From contig OZ024741.1 of assembly GCA_964016885.1 (NCBI GenBank), positions 114,390,001 to 114,454,000 on the forward strand: a stretch of 64,000 nt of DNA, in the 5' to 3' direction. Source of the stretch: Eledone cirrhosa. Taxonomy: Eukaryota. The position numbers and the translations under genes are program-made. The notes beneath the pieces were generated by a model that was not told the DNA's origin, made no database searches, and saw only the letters and a list, made by a program, of their open reading frames with translations. Shown piece after piece: positions 1-18,136 of this stretch (position 1 is its first letter; each line of letters begins with the position of its first letter).

Positions 1-18
1 GACAAATCAGTGATTTGG

Positions 19-645
19 AGTAAATAAGAAAAAATGTTTTTATAAATTTTTTGAAAAAGATTTTCTTATTTTACGTCTTTTATATTATTGTTCTGCATCC
101 TCCTGCATTGAACCACCTAGGTACTATGACATAACCTGTGTATTTGCTGACATGGGCGTGCATCTGTGCGCTTATGTTAGTTGATATATTAAATTATCTA
201 TATTTATCTCCAAATCACTGATTTGTCGAGCAAACCTGCCCAAACCACTTCTAAAAAAAATTTTTTTGGGGGGTGTTAGTAGACGTCAGTCATCTTACCA
301 TCCCATTCCTTCTAACTAGCCTCTGTGTCACGTGATTGATTCTTTAGAATCGGCCATTTGACTAGAAGCAGTCAGGATTTCAGTACATAGAATTCAGTCC
401 TCGCCAGCTGTTCTATCTACCGAATTATTATTTTTATATGAGCCGCCAGTGTCCGCGCATTGCCTGGAGACTTAGCTGAGAATAGACTCCCCGATGACGC
501 AATGAATTCTAGACAGTTGGATTACGTAACTGTCTTTATCCCATTGCAGAAACTAATTAGTTGGAGTGAAAATTTAAGTAAATAAGAAAAAATTTGTTTA
601 TAAAAATTTTTTGAAAAAGATTTTCTTATTTTACGTCTTTTATAT
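19..645 (+). mobile_element. PLE pseudo-LTR-like unit with terminal direct repeat and HHR
   Basis: 19-85 is repeated at about 577-645 (agtaaataagaaaaaa...ttttacgtctttta). HHR motif at 486-567. Ends in (TA)n. 1-20 is inverted at 208-227. Confidence 0.6.
486..567 (+). ncRNA. Type I hammerhead ribozyme-like motif (CCGAUGA variant core)
   Basis: actcc-CCGATGA-c-gcaatg...cattgc-a-GAAAC-taatta-GTT-ggagt. Stems I, II and palindromic III all pair. Confidence 0.6.
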
Positions 646-663
646 ATATATATATATATATAT

Positions 664-1272
664 AACAAAGGTATATATTGAGTTAGAAACTCAAAATAGT
701 CTCTTACAATAAAATAGCTCTAGGAAAGAGATTTTTCCGAGCCGTATATTATAATTAAATATAAAAGAAAGACGAACACAGATATATATACATATATGTG
801 TTCAAATCGTAAGTGACCAGATTCGCTAAGGTGAAAAGAATACTAACTATAGACAATAGGCTTTGCCTGACTCAATTTAAGAATAAATCAAGAAAATAAA
901 TACAACCGGAATTGTGGTAACTACCAATCACCCAGACAGCTTTTGGTACTGCTGTTTCGCAATATTAATTGTGAATAGGAATGCCAATTCTTGCTCATCA
1001 TAGAAGAATTAGTAACCTAGACACTGCTAAGTATATTAAGAAACTGAATAGTATGCGTATATATAACAACGCACATGGTATCTGAACTTAGCACGTCCCA
1101 CAAACTTACACCACTAAAAATAGCAGCCAGGTTTATTCGACATTTGAATTAGCACAACAAATTAACGGAGCCGAATATATCAAAGCTATATATTGAGTTA
1201 GAAACTCAAAATAGTTTCTTACAATAAAATAGCTCCAGGAAAGAGATTTTTCCGAGCCGTATATTATAATTG
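664..1272 (-). mobile_element. pLTR/retrozyme-like unit (about 515-bp period) with degenerate HHR
   Basis: About 90-bp direct repeat at 666-756 and 1181-1270. Minus strand about 930-1003 reads TGATGAG-caa...ttg-CGAAAC-agc...gct-GTC, but C3 is missing and stem I is poor. Confidence 0.5.
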
Positions 1273-1369
1273 AATATTCCTGGTTCTGACTTCCTTATCC
1301 ACCAACGCTTCCCACTTTATCCTGTAGGTCGCCCTGGACCAGCCACTTTTGTGGGCCTATTTGGCTATA

Positions 1370-2085
1370 GGTAGTTTAACGTTGCAAATAACTAGATGAT
1401 GATCAGTTGATAACTCAGCCCCTCTCTTAACACGAACATCCAGTGTTCAGAGACAATAACAATATCGATTATTGATCTCTGTCCCTGATTCCCCTTATTC
1501 TATGTATATTTATGGATATCTCTGTGCTGGAAGAAAATGTTCATAATAGAAAGCCCATTGCTAGACCAGAAGTCTAATAAGACCTCTCCATTCGTATTTA
1601 GAGTGGGGTAGCCGTTCCTTCCAATAACTACTTTCCATTTCGGGTGGTCAGTGGCAACATGTGCATTGAAGTCTCCCATCAGGATATATGACTCAGTCTT
1701 AACTACATCTAACGTTGGAGTAATTTCATCAAGGGAGAACCTGTATTCGGACTCCTTTTTTGAGGCAGAAAATTGCACCACCCACAGAGACCTATCTTTC
1801 AGCTTACGATTCAAAAGGCAAATCCTCCATCCTAACGGGATCCAGTCTATAACACATTCTGGCAGATGATGGCTTGTGAGTATCCCTACTCCCGCCTGTG
1901 CAGTTATTTCTGGTGCCACACCTGAATAGTGGAGTTTCCATTCTCCATCCAAATATATAGTATCAGAGCCATGGAAACCCCGACTATATCTAGCCGGTAG
2001 CATCTAGCCTGCTCCACTAGTTCTTGCTTCTTACCTGTAAGGGTTGCGATGTTCCAGGTTCCAATTCTGAAGGTTTGCTTCCATC
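1370..2085 (-). pseudogene. Degenerate LINE apurinic endonuclease (RTE-like) fragment
   Basis: Minus-strand motifs RIGTWNIATL, GVGIL, MGDFNAHV, NGEVLLDF, SIID and STDHHLV, broken by frameshifts and stops. Confidence 0.85.
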
Positions 2086-2126
2086 CGAACCCTCTTTAGG
2101 GTCTTGCGGTACGCAAATTTTGTGCG

Positions 2127-2281
2127 TCCATTTAAGGGTGAAAGCAGCAATTCTTTGCTTAAACTTTAATCTGTTATTTTAATAAATATTTGCTCTACGG
2201 TTCTTATATATTTGATATATATATATATATTTTTCCTTATCGAGCTCTCTTTGAATTTTAGTCTTCACATTTATTATTATT

Positions 2282-2286
<5 letters not shown>
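2127..2286 (+). mobile_element. 3' end of PLE-like repeat family (also at 22316, 42441, 44150)
   Basis: aagggtgaaagcagcaattctttgcttaaactttaatctg...ttttagtcttca...tattattattacta is the reverse complement of 44150-44290. Followed by (TA)n. Confidence 0.7.
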
Positions 2287-2377
<91 letters not shown>

Positions 2378-2397
2378 ATATATATATATAGGTAGAT

Positions 2398-2570
2398 ATA
2401 TTAGTGGAAGTAGTGGATCTACAGCGATCTCGGCCGTTTCGGCTAATTACCTCTTCAAGAAGAGGTGTGGTAGATCATTTACTTTCACTAATATAACAAC
2501 TCTGCATCTTACCATACATTGAGTACTTCTTGATTTGTGGTCTTCCCGGTCCCAGTACAACAGCCTATCA
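2398..2570. mobile_element. Hairpin HHR mini-element (degenerate)
   Basis: Arms atattagtggaagtagtggatctac / gtagatcatttactttcactaatat. Minus-strand TTGAAGAG..CGAAACggc..gctGTA at about 2412-2462. Tail with attgagtac. Confidence 0.55.
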
Positions 2571-2738
2571 ATATACGTATATATATATATAAATATAGAG
2601 TCTCCGGTGCTGAGACCGAGGAGACTACCAATCATGTGAGTACTTAATACATGGGGAGATGAAGAGAGGGTATAGAGATAGATAAAATCTCGATCGCGGT
2701 GGCAACTAGTTTCGGCTTATTGGCGCTGCGTTTGGAAT

Positions 2739-2807
<69 letters not shown>

Positions 2808-2979
2808 ATGGCTTATATATGTAGTTGAGTCATTGAACCTCGAATATTTCGGCGAGGTTTGAAATGAAAGAGCCACAATATATCCATATATCCCAGAATG
2901 GCATTTTCTTTGAGGGTCTACCAATTTTGCCACTCAACGAACTTTAATTCTGACAGTAAATTATAATTTTTAATTTATA

Positions 2980-4105
2980 TACCAGGGCAGCAAATTTAGT
3001 AGAACGGCGAAATTAATTAAATCACCCTAGTACTTGACTAGCACTTTATTTTATCAACATCGGTAACACGAAATGCTCAGTTGACCTTGGCGCAATTTGA
3101 ATTGAGAATGTAAAGAGACAGAATGTATACCGCGACGTCATTTTATCTGCCAATCTGTCAATCTACCAACAGCAACATTTAAACCAATCCAACTCATCTT
3201 ATCTGCTATGAACTGAAAGCAACTCACGCGAAATCCAGCCACTTAATCCCAAACTGAGGCCATATATATATATTCAGGGCTGGCGGAAAAAAGCTCTATT
3301 TAAAATGTTTAATAATTTTTTTAATTATTGGTCGATTTTCAGAAAACATGTTTCACTTTGAACAGTGTAATTATAAAAGTTCAGTACAGTGTTACATTTC
3401 TACATAGGCACTAGCGTTGCCCATCAATATTTGTCATCGTTTGGGTATATCCTCGACTGACTTCACCAGGAACTCTTTCAGAGCTTTTGGTTTTGAGCTA
3501 TAAACTTCTTCCTTCGTCTAGCCCCTCAGGATGGCCATTCATGTGGATCTCGGCGACCCAGCCAGCATCCTGGAAATTGGACATCAAGCCACTTACAGAC
3601 AGTGCGTGCAAAACTCTGAGGACATAAATATGAATTCATTGATATTGTCACAATAGGCCAAAAGTTATAAGTAATTTTCAGTAGGGAGTTTCTTTCCACT
3701 CACCCTGTGAAAAGGGTAGTGGTGGTACAGGAAACGCACAAGGCCAGAAATTTGGGGGGAGGGGACAGTTGATTAAATCGATCCCGGTCCGTAACTGTTA
3801 CTTTATTTTATCGACCCCGTAAGGATGAAAAGCAAAGTTAACCTCGGCTGGATTTGAACTCAGATCATAAAGGGCCGTAACTCCATGCTGCAAAGCATGG
3901 CGTCCAACCCTCTATCAATACTGCCAATCCACCGCCCTGGTTCATACATTAATAATTGTTTCTACTTTGGGCACAAGGCCAGCAATTACCCAGTGCATTA
4001 CTGGTACTTTATTTTATCGACCCCGTAAGGATGAAAGGCAAAGTTAACCTCGGTGGGATTTGAACTCAGAGCATACAGGGAGGTAACTCTATGCTTCAAA
4101 GCATG
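2980..4105 (-). mobile_element. Cluster of tRNA-derived Deu/Nin-domain-like SINEs (about 2980-3170, 3735-3940, 3955-4105)
   Basis: Minus strand shows B-box gagttcaaatcc followed by gaggttaactttgcctttcatccttacggggtcgataaaataaagtaccag. Confidence 0.8.
3275..3707 (-). mobile_element. Internally deleted Tc1/mariner DNA transposon
   Basis: Imperfect TIRs cagggctggcggaaaaaagctc / gagtttctttccactcaccctg. Internal minus-strand remnant FPGCWLGRRDPHEWP resembles the region before the WPxxSPDL transposase motif. Confidence 0.7.
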
Positions 4106-6559
4106 ATAATAAAAAACAAGATAAAAATTTCAACACAGTCTACCTTTAATAGATATTAAAAAACCTTGTTTCCTCTATATTCAATTATATATAAGTGCTA
4201 TATGTAAATTCATATAAACATAAATCGTAACATGTATAAATGTCATATATATATATATAGAAATTCCATATATACATATAGGTACACGCGCGCGCTCTCT
4301 CTCACACACACACACATATAAGCCGATACGTTGTATTTCACAGTCGATATGTTAAAACAAAATTGCCAAAAATATTTGTTTCTTATCTTTGTTTTACTTT
4401 TATTAAAGATCGTACACATGTATTTGAAGCCAAATAAAATTCGTGAAAAGTTTTGAAATAAATAAATACATATTTACATATATGCAAAATAAATACAACA
4501 ATAAATATACCGTAATTAAAAAATGAAAACAATAGACAATAATGTGCAATATATACAGTCAACCTATTTTGCTTTCGTGCCGAAAGGCAGCGTTTTAAAA
4601 TATCAGTGGTTTTACAAAAAGGGTGTTTGAAAAACGCATATTATTCCAAATTATATAATTGAAATGATTAAATGATTAAAATACATAGCTCTTACCGGCA
4701 TTATATCCGACCCTCTGCTCTCGAACCCGTTGCAGGGAGTTTGCCCTTCCGAACCGAGTTTACCTCATTCACTAAAGAAATCATGAACATTTGTAAACGT
4801 ATATGTCTTTTCAACAGGCAAATCTTAATTTTTATCCCAATCGATGAATAGTACATTGATGATTTTGTAAGCCATTCGAAAAATTCTCAATTTGAGGTTA
4901 CTGGAATGAACGCGTGATTCTGGTTTGACCTTGTGCAAGAGTCTTCTATTATATCAACGGGTTGACGAATGTCTTCTGAATGGGATTTAGCAGACGCAAA
5001 TTACAGAAGCCTGCCTGCCTGCCTCTCTCTCTCTCGGTATCTATGTTTTCATTTGTGTCTATGCTTGTATTTATGTGCCATAACTTAACATTTCGTCAAA
5101 AATCGAGGCCGATAAAGTAAATACCAGATTTGAAAGTAATTACTGGGATCGGTATTATCAACTAAATTAAGGTAGTGCCCCAGCATAACTGTAGAAAAAT
5201 TATTGAAACCAGTAAGTAAAATTTACAAAAATATTGAACCTAAGTGCATACGACGTAAATACACACATACATTTACATATTTGGACACATGAACCTTTCC
5301 TAACATATTTACCAGTCCTGGAGCTGTTATTGGCAATCATGTCTGATTCCATTGCAGTATGTTGGCTCTTCTAAGCCAAGATTACCTCATCAATCAAAGA
5401 AATTATTAACATGTGTATCCCTATATGTATTCTCACTTGACAGATCGTTATGTTCCCTGATGTCAACCATCTGTGTAAGTCTGGCAAAAATATGTTGACA
5501 ATAGGAGTGTATATGAAGTCATATACAATATGTTTATGTACAAAATACATTACAAGTCTTGATTTGTGGTCGAACCACGCTATATGTTGAGTTAGGAAAC
5601 CATCAATATTTTACGAGAATAAATCAAATAGGGTAAAGTAACAAAAATGAAGCATTAAGTAAAGTAGTTATCTATATTTAGGCGGATGGTTATACGGATA
5701 TATGGTTCATGGGTTAATTAATGGTACTGTGGCTTTTCATATTCTAAAAGCCTGCATTGAAGCAGCTTATATTAAGCTAACGTATTTTGAAAATTACCCT
5801 TTTTAGTTAGAAGCTGTAGCTGGGCACAAAAAGAGCGGCAAAATGTAAACACTTTAAACAATTCTTCCGTACATCGAAAAATATAGATGATTCCTATGCC
5901 AGTGTTTTTAATCCTTAATTGAACAGAATAGCTAAGACGAATTAGATGATCCGGCTTGATTCAAATTTACCGTCATATTTCGAAACAACGACAATTAAAA
6001 TCGGATATTTTCAGATATAGTGGAGCGGATGTGACATTGGCTCCGTTGTTTCCTGCATCTACGGTTCATGATTACACCGACAGCATGAGTTTCTTATTCA
6101 TAGCTCATTTTGATTTCTGCTGCTGCTATTGATTTCTAATTTACCAATAAACTTTGTGGAAAGGGTAAAAATCAATTAAATCAACCCCATTACCAGACTG
6201 ATACTTTATTTTATCGAGCCCGGAAGGATGAAAGGCAAAGCATCAAAACAAATAGCACAATGGCATTTTATCCGACGCTCTACCAATCCCCATCTATCAC
6301 CCTAAATGATGCTCTTCATACTGCTGATACCTTATATGAGAAGTTGTTGTTACTGTATAACTCAAGGTCAAACCTCATTCAGCAAATCTATAATCAAAAA
6401 CGTTCCTTTGCTAAGGTATTGAATTATGATGGATCCTCCATCGTTTTTGACGATGACCACTCAATGAGTTGTTCGGTCAACATCAACAGACCGTCCGATC
6501 CATTAACGAGAAGGGGGCTGAGTATTACACACATGTGTATCATTCACGTACTTCTCAAG

Positions 6560-6735
6560 CTGAATCAGCTTCACAAAATATGTAACAAAGATGGATCTTT
6601 GAGTTACTGGTAGAAAACATTCGACACGTTTCTATAGTTTCTGTTTACTCATCTGCCCAATACGTCACGCAGAGAAATCGAAACCGGGATATCATGATCG
6701 CTAAGCGAACGTTTTAACCACTCAGCCATGCCGAC
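6560..6735 (-). mobile_element. tRNA-headed SINE of a second family (relatives near 4890-5215 and 54290-54600)
   Basis: Minus-strand head ggcatggctgagtggttaa...cccggtttcgattt with A-box and B-box-like motifs. Confidence 0.55.
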
Positions 6736-6999
6736 ATCCACAGTAAAGAATGTTGGACTACACTATCTAATGGAGGATTTGCGGAAGCGTGGCTGCTATT
6801 TGTCGCAAGTCGAGCGTCTACAGGGAATCTTAAAATAATAGAACATGTATGTAACTGTAACCCCTGATGGAGTCATAGGGACGTCGTAATTACATATGGT
6901 GCGTTTTGGGTAATTTAAACCTGGGGGAAGTACATCCCTCTAGGTCTGAACACAGCCGATATTTTTTCAAAAGGAGAATGATAAAGACGTGAAAGGAAC

Positions 7000-8355
7000 C
7001 TAATACAATACTTGACTGGTATTTTTTTATCGACTTCGTTTTATTGATCTCGTTGGGATTTGATATCAGAACAGTAATCCGGAACGAATACTGTAAAACA
7101 TTCAATCCGACGTTCTAACGATTCTATCAATTCGTCGCCTCAATGGAACACGAGAGAGTGAAATAAATGTGAATGAAAACGAGATATTTTGACGTTTATT
7201 CATATCAAATTTATGAGTGATGTGAAGTGATTTAATCTGGAGATACAGATATTAAGAGGTATTAACAATGGTTTCTAATTTAGACTTAGAGTAAGCAATT
7301 TTGAAGGTGAAGAAAGTAAGTTATTTTATTTTCTACGTTCTGAGTTCAAATACAGTCGAGGTTAACTTTGCATTTCATATTTCTGTGGTCGATAAAATTA
7401 AGTACCAGTCAACTACTCGGATCGATATAATTGAGTTTTTTCTCCATTTAAAACTACTGGCCTTGAAATAAATAATGAGTTTTAAATTGACATAAAATCA
7501 CATTTGTTATGGATATGTTTTCGACTCATATATTTGAAACATTTATTAATTTATTTTGTAATGTAATTGATGAAAAAAGAACGTCGTTAAACGAATTAAC
7601 CACTCAGCTACTATTTTGTTTGTGTACACACACACGGACACGAATCTGGTTGGTTGTTGGTTATATTCAATTAAAATCAATATATTTATTTGTCATTTTA
7701 TATACCCCTGAAGTATGAAGAACAAAGCCGACCTCGACAATATTTGAACTCAGAACGTAAAGTAAATATATCTTAGGCGGCGTTTTACTGAAGCTACCAA
7801 CGTAGCACTCTCAAAACAACACCAACAAGGTTAACAATTTTGGGGAAGGAAAGCTCGATAAAAATCGACCTCAGTGCATTACAGGTGCTTTATTTTATAG
7901 AAACCGTAAATATTAAAGGCAAAGCTAACCTCGGCGGGATTTGAACACAGAACGTAAAGGGTCTTAACTATATGCCTCAAAGCATGTTGTCCGACGCTCT
8001 ACGATACTGCCAATAAACCACCCTTAATAATGGTTTCTAATTTAGTCATAGGGCTAGCAATATTTGAGGGGAGGAGAAAGCCGATTAAATCGATACGAGT
8101 ATTTGACTCGACCCTGCAAGGATGAAAAACAAAGTTCTCCTCGGTGGGGTTTGAACTTAGAAATTAAGGGACTGTAACATAATAAACATTCAATCTGACG
8201 CGTTAACAATTCTATCAACTCATCGCCTTTGTTAAAAGTTTGATTGACCCCAGAAGGATGAAAGGCAAAGTTGACCTCGGAGGGACTTGAACTCAGAACA
8301 TAAAGAGCCGTTAACTAAATGTGGTAAAGCATTTTGTTCGATGCTCTACCTATTC
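7000..8355. mobile_element. Cluster of about 6 degenerate Deu/Nin-like SINE copies
   Basis: Repeated gatgaaaggcaaagttgacctcggcgggatttgaactcagaac-like blocks, mostly minus strand, one plus strand near 7330-7470. Confidence 0.75.
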
Positions 8356-8661
8356 TGCTTAAACATTAATAAAATAATAGTTTATTTCTGGAGAAAGAAA
8401 ATAGAAAAATCTGACTTCTTTGACAATTTATTAATAACAAGGTAACTGCAGTAATTTGAATGTGATGCGTGGGGGAAGAATACCAGACAGTCATGCCATT
8501 GTCAAGCCATAGAATACGTTGTAAAAGAATTGAAACGATTTCAACTCAAGATAATTATAACAACAACAACAATAATACTTAATAACAACATCCATCATCA
8601 ACAAAAACAACAACAATAATGATTTTAATAATAACAACAACAATATCAAATACAAGTTTTT

Positions 8662-8916
8662 CTAGTTATCGTCCGATGAGACACTTTCGATAGTTCGTAA
8701 AGACATTTTTGTAGTAATAGTTCCGTTTGTGCTTCGTGATTCCATTTCGTAGTCAGAAAGATGAATCCGGTGCCCCATACACATTTGCCTTTCTCTACTT
8801 CTGCAGACATACTTTCGACATGCTGCACGAATGCTTCGGCGAAAATTTTTCGACATAAATCCATATATAATTGGATTTAAACAAGACTGGAGATACGGTA
8901 ACAGACCAAACGAAAT
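8662..8916 (-). CDS. Class A (rhodopsin-like) peptide-type GPCR, terminal exon (TM7, helix 8, C-tail)
   Basis: Acceptor tcttttag|ATT. Reads ISFGLLPYLQSCLNPIIYGFMSKNFRRSIRAAC...SSDDN*, with NPxxY and the FMSKNFR helix-8 motif. Confidence 0.92.
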   Translation of the reverse strand: MSFGLLPYLQSCLNPIIYGFMSKNFRRSIRAACRKYVCRSRERQMCMGHRIHLSDYEMESRSTNGTITTKMSLRTIESVSSDDN

Positions 8917-9299
8917 CTAAAAGACAAGATTGAAAAGAAGACAAAAATGTAATAGATTGATAACAAATAATTCTTTTTTATTTTAAGGGTCAAACTTAAT
9001 TTTAATATCTTTGTGTGGTGTCAACGCCTTCAGCGTTACATTTTTAATTATCTTAGATCTAGTCAGTGTTAAAATACTTTAATTGTCACCAAACCTCTTA
9101 TTCTGTGAATAAACAAACCTTATTTAGTAAGAAAAATAAAAAAGGGAAACAAAAGGAAAGAAAGAATAGGGAAATATAGAAAAAAGAGAGAGAAATAAAA
9201 AATAAAAAGAACGGGAAAGGGAGGGGATGGCAAGAGGTCTGGTGTCGCAGAAGAGAATAATAGTTTCTGATTTAAGCCCAAGGCCAATAATTCCGTCGT

Positions 9300-9418
9300 A
9301 AAGACGAAAGACAAAGTTGACCCCGGCAGGATTTAAACTCAGAACGTAAAGAGCCGTAACTCTATGCTGCAAAGCATGTGTCTGACGCTTTACCGACACT
9401 GCCAATCCACCATCCTCT
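9300..9418 (-). mobile_element. Deu/Nin-like SINE 5' part in GPCR intron
   Basis: Same head and B-box as the other copies. Confidence 0.7.
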
Positions 9419-9537
9419 AACAATAATTAATGAATATTTTATCTTACAACCCAACGAGCGCGTATTCAAAAATTAATGTAGATATAACTACCATTTTTTA
9501 ACAAAGAATCAATCGTATTCACGAACTATCGAGCAGA

Positions 9538-9712
9538 TTTTGAAAGTTCATTAGCATACAACTAGCTACTTCAACATAAGTTTATATACTATGAAAAATA
9601 GTCGAGCAAATTGAGCATATAAGCCCCTAGATGTGGCTTATATGCCTAACGTGTTCGACTGTTTTTCATAATCTTCGTTGAAGCAGCTTACATTAAGCTA
9701 ACATACTTTCAA
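9538..9712. repeat. Old palindromic (MITE-like) repeat; relatives at 57751-58012 and about 5740-5920
   Basis: tatgaaaaatagtcgagca..gcatataagcc / ggcttatatgc..tgttcgactgtttttcata arms. Same arms at 57.8-58.0 kb. Confidence 0.6.
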
Positions 9713-9969
9713 GATATCTTTTCAAATTGAATTTGAAGTTGTAGCTGTGAAAAGAATGATCTGTGAAATGTAAACACTCAACAAATCCCTCGTATATAAA
9801 GACACATCAGAGATTATTCCTAAGTCAATATTTCAACAATAACAATTATTCTGTAGTTATTCTCTGATTCTGTGTACAGAGTAATATTGAAAATATCTGA
9901 AATGTTCTGTCGAAATTACATGAGGTGTATATCTGTGGCGACGTAATTTGTTTTCTTCTCTTTTTCGGT

Positions 9970-10275
9970 TACTTACTATTGAGAGGGTTGTTGTGGTAGC
10001 GTCCTCCGTCATGTTTCCAGAAAGTTCTATCAAAAGCAACCGTCTCAGAATGATCCGGCTGGATCCCAAAGTGAGACCAACCGAGATTATGGATGTTATC
10101 CAACCCTCTTGCTCATGTTCTACCTCTGGTTCTCTTGCAGAGAGATGAACCTGATAGCAGACGTGGAGGGAGACTTCTTATGAAATTGGCGGATGGTCTG
10201 CAAAAATACTTTATTTGCTTAAAGATAAATTCGAGCTTAACCACAAGATACTCCAATGTCTTAACATTGGCAACG
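9970..10275 (-). pseudogene. Degenerate RTE-like LINE ORF 3' end
   Basis: Minus strand QIKYF...PRLL...KRTRGRT*ARGLDNI..LGWSHFGI..VAFDRTFW resembles the RTE C-terminal RGRP..W.D motif. A similar remnant lies at 50.37-50.64 kb. Confidence 0.65.
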
Positions 10276-10724
10276 TAATCATATATAAATATATAGATAT
10301 ATGTATATGTGTGTGCGTGTGTGCTAGAACGTAGCATATATTTTCAGTTTAAAGTAAATTTATTTAACATTTTCTAAATTAGAAGCGTTAGCTGTGAAAT
10401 AGCAGTCTTAGCTATGAAAATAATGAGTCTAATTAAAAAAGTGGTAGTCATATCAACCTTAATGAATAAAAACAAGAGTTTAATAATTAGATCATACACG
10501 CCATAAAAGAAATGCAAAGAATATATATTGAGGATCTGAGGTTCAGTAAAACATATTCCTTGGGGTTTAAAAAACAACATTAATCCTTTTGATACCAAAC
10601 CCCCTGTAACCATATCTGGTTCTATGATACAAAGCTGTTTTAAAGGGTTTATTTTTATCTAAAACACTTCATCATAATGCTATGTAAAAACTTATCTTAA
10701 GTTATGTTCCACACTCCAGCATAA

Positions 10725-11627
10725 TTGTTTCTAATATAGGAACACATGGAGGATGGGAAAGTCGATTAAATCTATCCTGGTACTTTATTTTATCGACCAT
10801 GCAAGGATAAAAGGCAAATTCGACCTCGGCGGGATTTGAACTCAGGAAGAAGAGAGCCGGAACAAATACAGCAAAGAATCTAATGATTCTGCCAATCCAC
10901 CACCCCTTAATGATTCGTAATGTAGGCATAAGGCCAGCAATTTGCAGGAGGAGAAGTCAAATCGACTAATTTACTGGTACTTTATTTTATCGACCCCAGA
11001 GGATGAAAAGCAAAGTTGACCTCGGCGGGATTTGAACTCAGACAATAACTAAACGCCGCAAAGCATTTTCTTCGATGTTTTAACCATTTTGCAAATTCAC
11101 CACCTAAAAACACTAGGTTAGCAATAGAGAAGTTGGTCATATTAGAAAACCACTTCAAATTCTGGATTATTTTCTAAATATTTGAAAATAACCGGCAGTG
11201 CTTTTCATTAGAAATATGATAATTTAGAGGTTAATTATTTTCTCCTGTGAATTAGAGATGCTGTATAGGAGAATGGAATTCTTTTCAAATGAGAATCAAG
11301 AATAGAAAATTTCTTTGATTTTTATCTCCCAATCAGAATCCCGCCGAGGTTAACTTTGCCTTTCATCCTTATGGGTTCGATAAAATAAAGTACCAGTAAT
11401 ACACTGGGTATTTGCTGGCCTTGTGCCAAAAGTAGAAACAATTATTATACATTGGCAGTATTGGCAGAGGGTCGGACGCCATGCTTTGCAGCAAAGAGTT
11501 ACAGCCCTTTATGGACCGAGTTCAAATCCCGCCGAGGTTAACTTTGACTTTCATCCTTACGGGGTCGATAAAATAAAGTACCAGTAATGCACTGGGTAAT
11601 TGCTGGCCTTGTGCCTAAAGTAGAAAC

Positions 11628-11632
<5 letters not shown>
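10725..11632. mobile_element. Four Deu/Nin-like SINE copies (two minus, two plus) in GPCR intron
   Basis: Same consensus at about 10725-10905, 10915-11105, 11335-11445 and 11450-11632. Confidence 0.8.
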
Positions 11633-11674
<42 letters not shown>

Positions 11675-12095
11675 CAGATATAATAGTTAGCAATATGTAT
11701 ATATTTGCTTTCACGCACACGGGATAGTGTGAAAACCTTCACATACAGCAATATATTGGTACTCTGTATTAGAATGACAATATTATGAGTACAATGTAGG
11801 GAACATATCTGATAGGATCAACTGTAGCATATCGGTATAAATTAAAACATCCCATCAAACGTAGATAACAAACAATTACTACTGGCGAGAAATAATGAAG
11901 CATAGAGCTAGATCCAGGAATCCAAGTATTATTATATTTGGTCTCATCTTAATCTGCAAACCAACAGAACTCTCGTAAAGTTTGCAGTTCTCTCACCGTT
12001 TACAGTTGTGATTACAGAAAATGTGATTCAGGAAAATGAGGAGGAAAATGAGGAGGAGGAGAATAAGGAGGAGGAAAATAAGGAGAAGAACTTAC

Positions 12096-12215
12096 TTTTA
12101 TTAAATGTGCGTGTGCAAAATGAAGATACTGGCTTTGTTGGACGACGCGCAAAATCAATCGTGGGCCCCAGCAGAGAAGAAATCCTATGACAATTGTAAT
12201 TAACATTTTCATCAC
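12096..12215 (-). CDS. Class A GPCR internal exon (TM6 and ECL3)
   Basis: ttcag|GTG acceptor and AAA|gtaagt donor. 120 nt, phase 0. VMKMLITIVIGFLLCWGPRLIL carries FxxCWxP and splices in frame to 8916. Confidence 0.92.
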
Positions 12216-12724
12216 CTGAAATATAAATATACAAATGGGTGTGGGTGAAAGTTTTGCTTGGTTTGTTATTTCAGTTAATGCTGTTATACAGCTTCGATGT
12301 TTAGTAAGCAATGCATTTCCTAGAAACACACTTCTTTGAAGTCACTCAACCATTACTCAATAGAAATCTTTACTAGCTTTATATCTATAAGGTGCACGTT
12401 TTAAGGCTTATATACCACACAGTAGGGAAACCTATCGTTCCTGATATACATTGTATCTGTTTTAAACTGTGATATATTCAAAGTCTAAAATTCCATGATA
12501 AGAAGTACACAAAGGTCACCTGCTCCGATTAACATTCTTCCGAAGTATAACAAGGACTAATTAAACATTTACAAGGTAATATTCCAACAACTTTGTTATC
12601 GTCTGTTGTAAAATTTATTGTCCTATTGTCATTTGTGTAGCCCCCCCCCCCCTCCTTAAGACATTGTTTTATAATATTCAGAATATTATTAACAGGAGAA
12701 ACAATATCTAAAATTATGTTATAG

Positions 12725-12785
<61 letters not shown>

Positions 12786-13199
12786 GTATACAAATGGAAG
12801 TACAGCATAGTCGAAACTCGAGCCGCAGCTAAGCAAACGAATGCAATCAGAAGTGCAGCCAAGCACTCGATGAGGTATAAAACATTAGAGTAATAACATT
12901 CCGTTTAAAGGGCTTTGCAAATTTCCTGGATTTTCCGATGGAATTACTTCATGTATTCACACATATATATATATATATATATAAATATATATATATATAA
13001 ATAAATATATAAGTATGTATGTATACATACTTATAGCATTATAATAAATGTTCGGTAAACCGATAGTGCATAGATATATATATGTGCATGTATGTATATA
13101 TACTACTGTACGTCTGTATACATATAAGTATGTACGTATACATACATACTTACATTTAATTAAGTGCCGTACTAAGAGTGAGAAATGAAATTTCGTTTC

Positions 13200-18136
<4,937 letters not shown>

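Noticed and set aside
6260-6613. 117-aa ORF
   Set aside because: Spans SINE remnants and has no recognisable motif or splice context.
9970-10197. Apparent extra GPCR exon with ttttgcag acceptor and gtaagt donor
   Set aside because: Stops in all three frames. It translates as an RTE C-terminal remnant, and the TM6 and TM7 exons already join in frame.
12008-12095. Glu-rich (+) and Pro-rich (-) ORF extensions
   Set aside because: GAG/AAT simple repeat lying in the intron beyond the splice donor.
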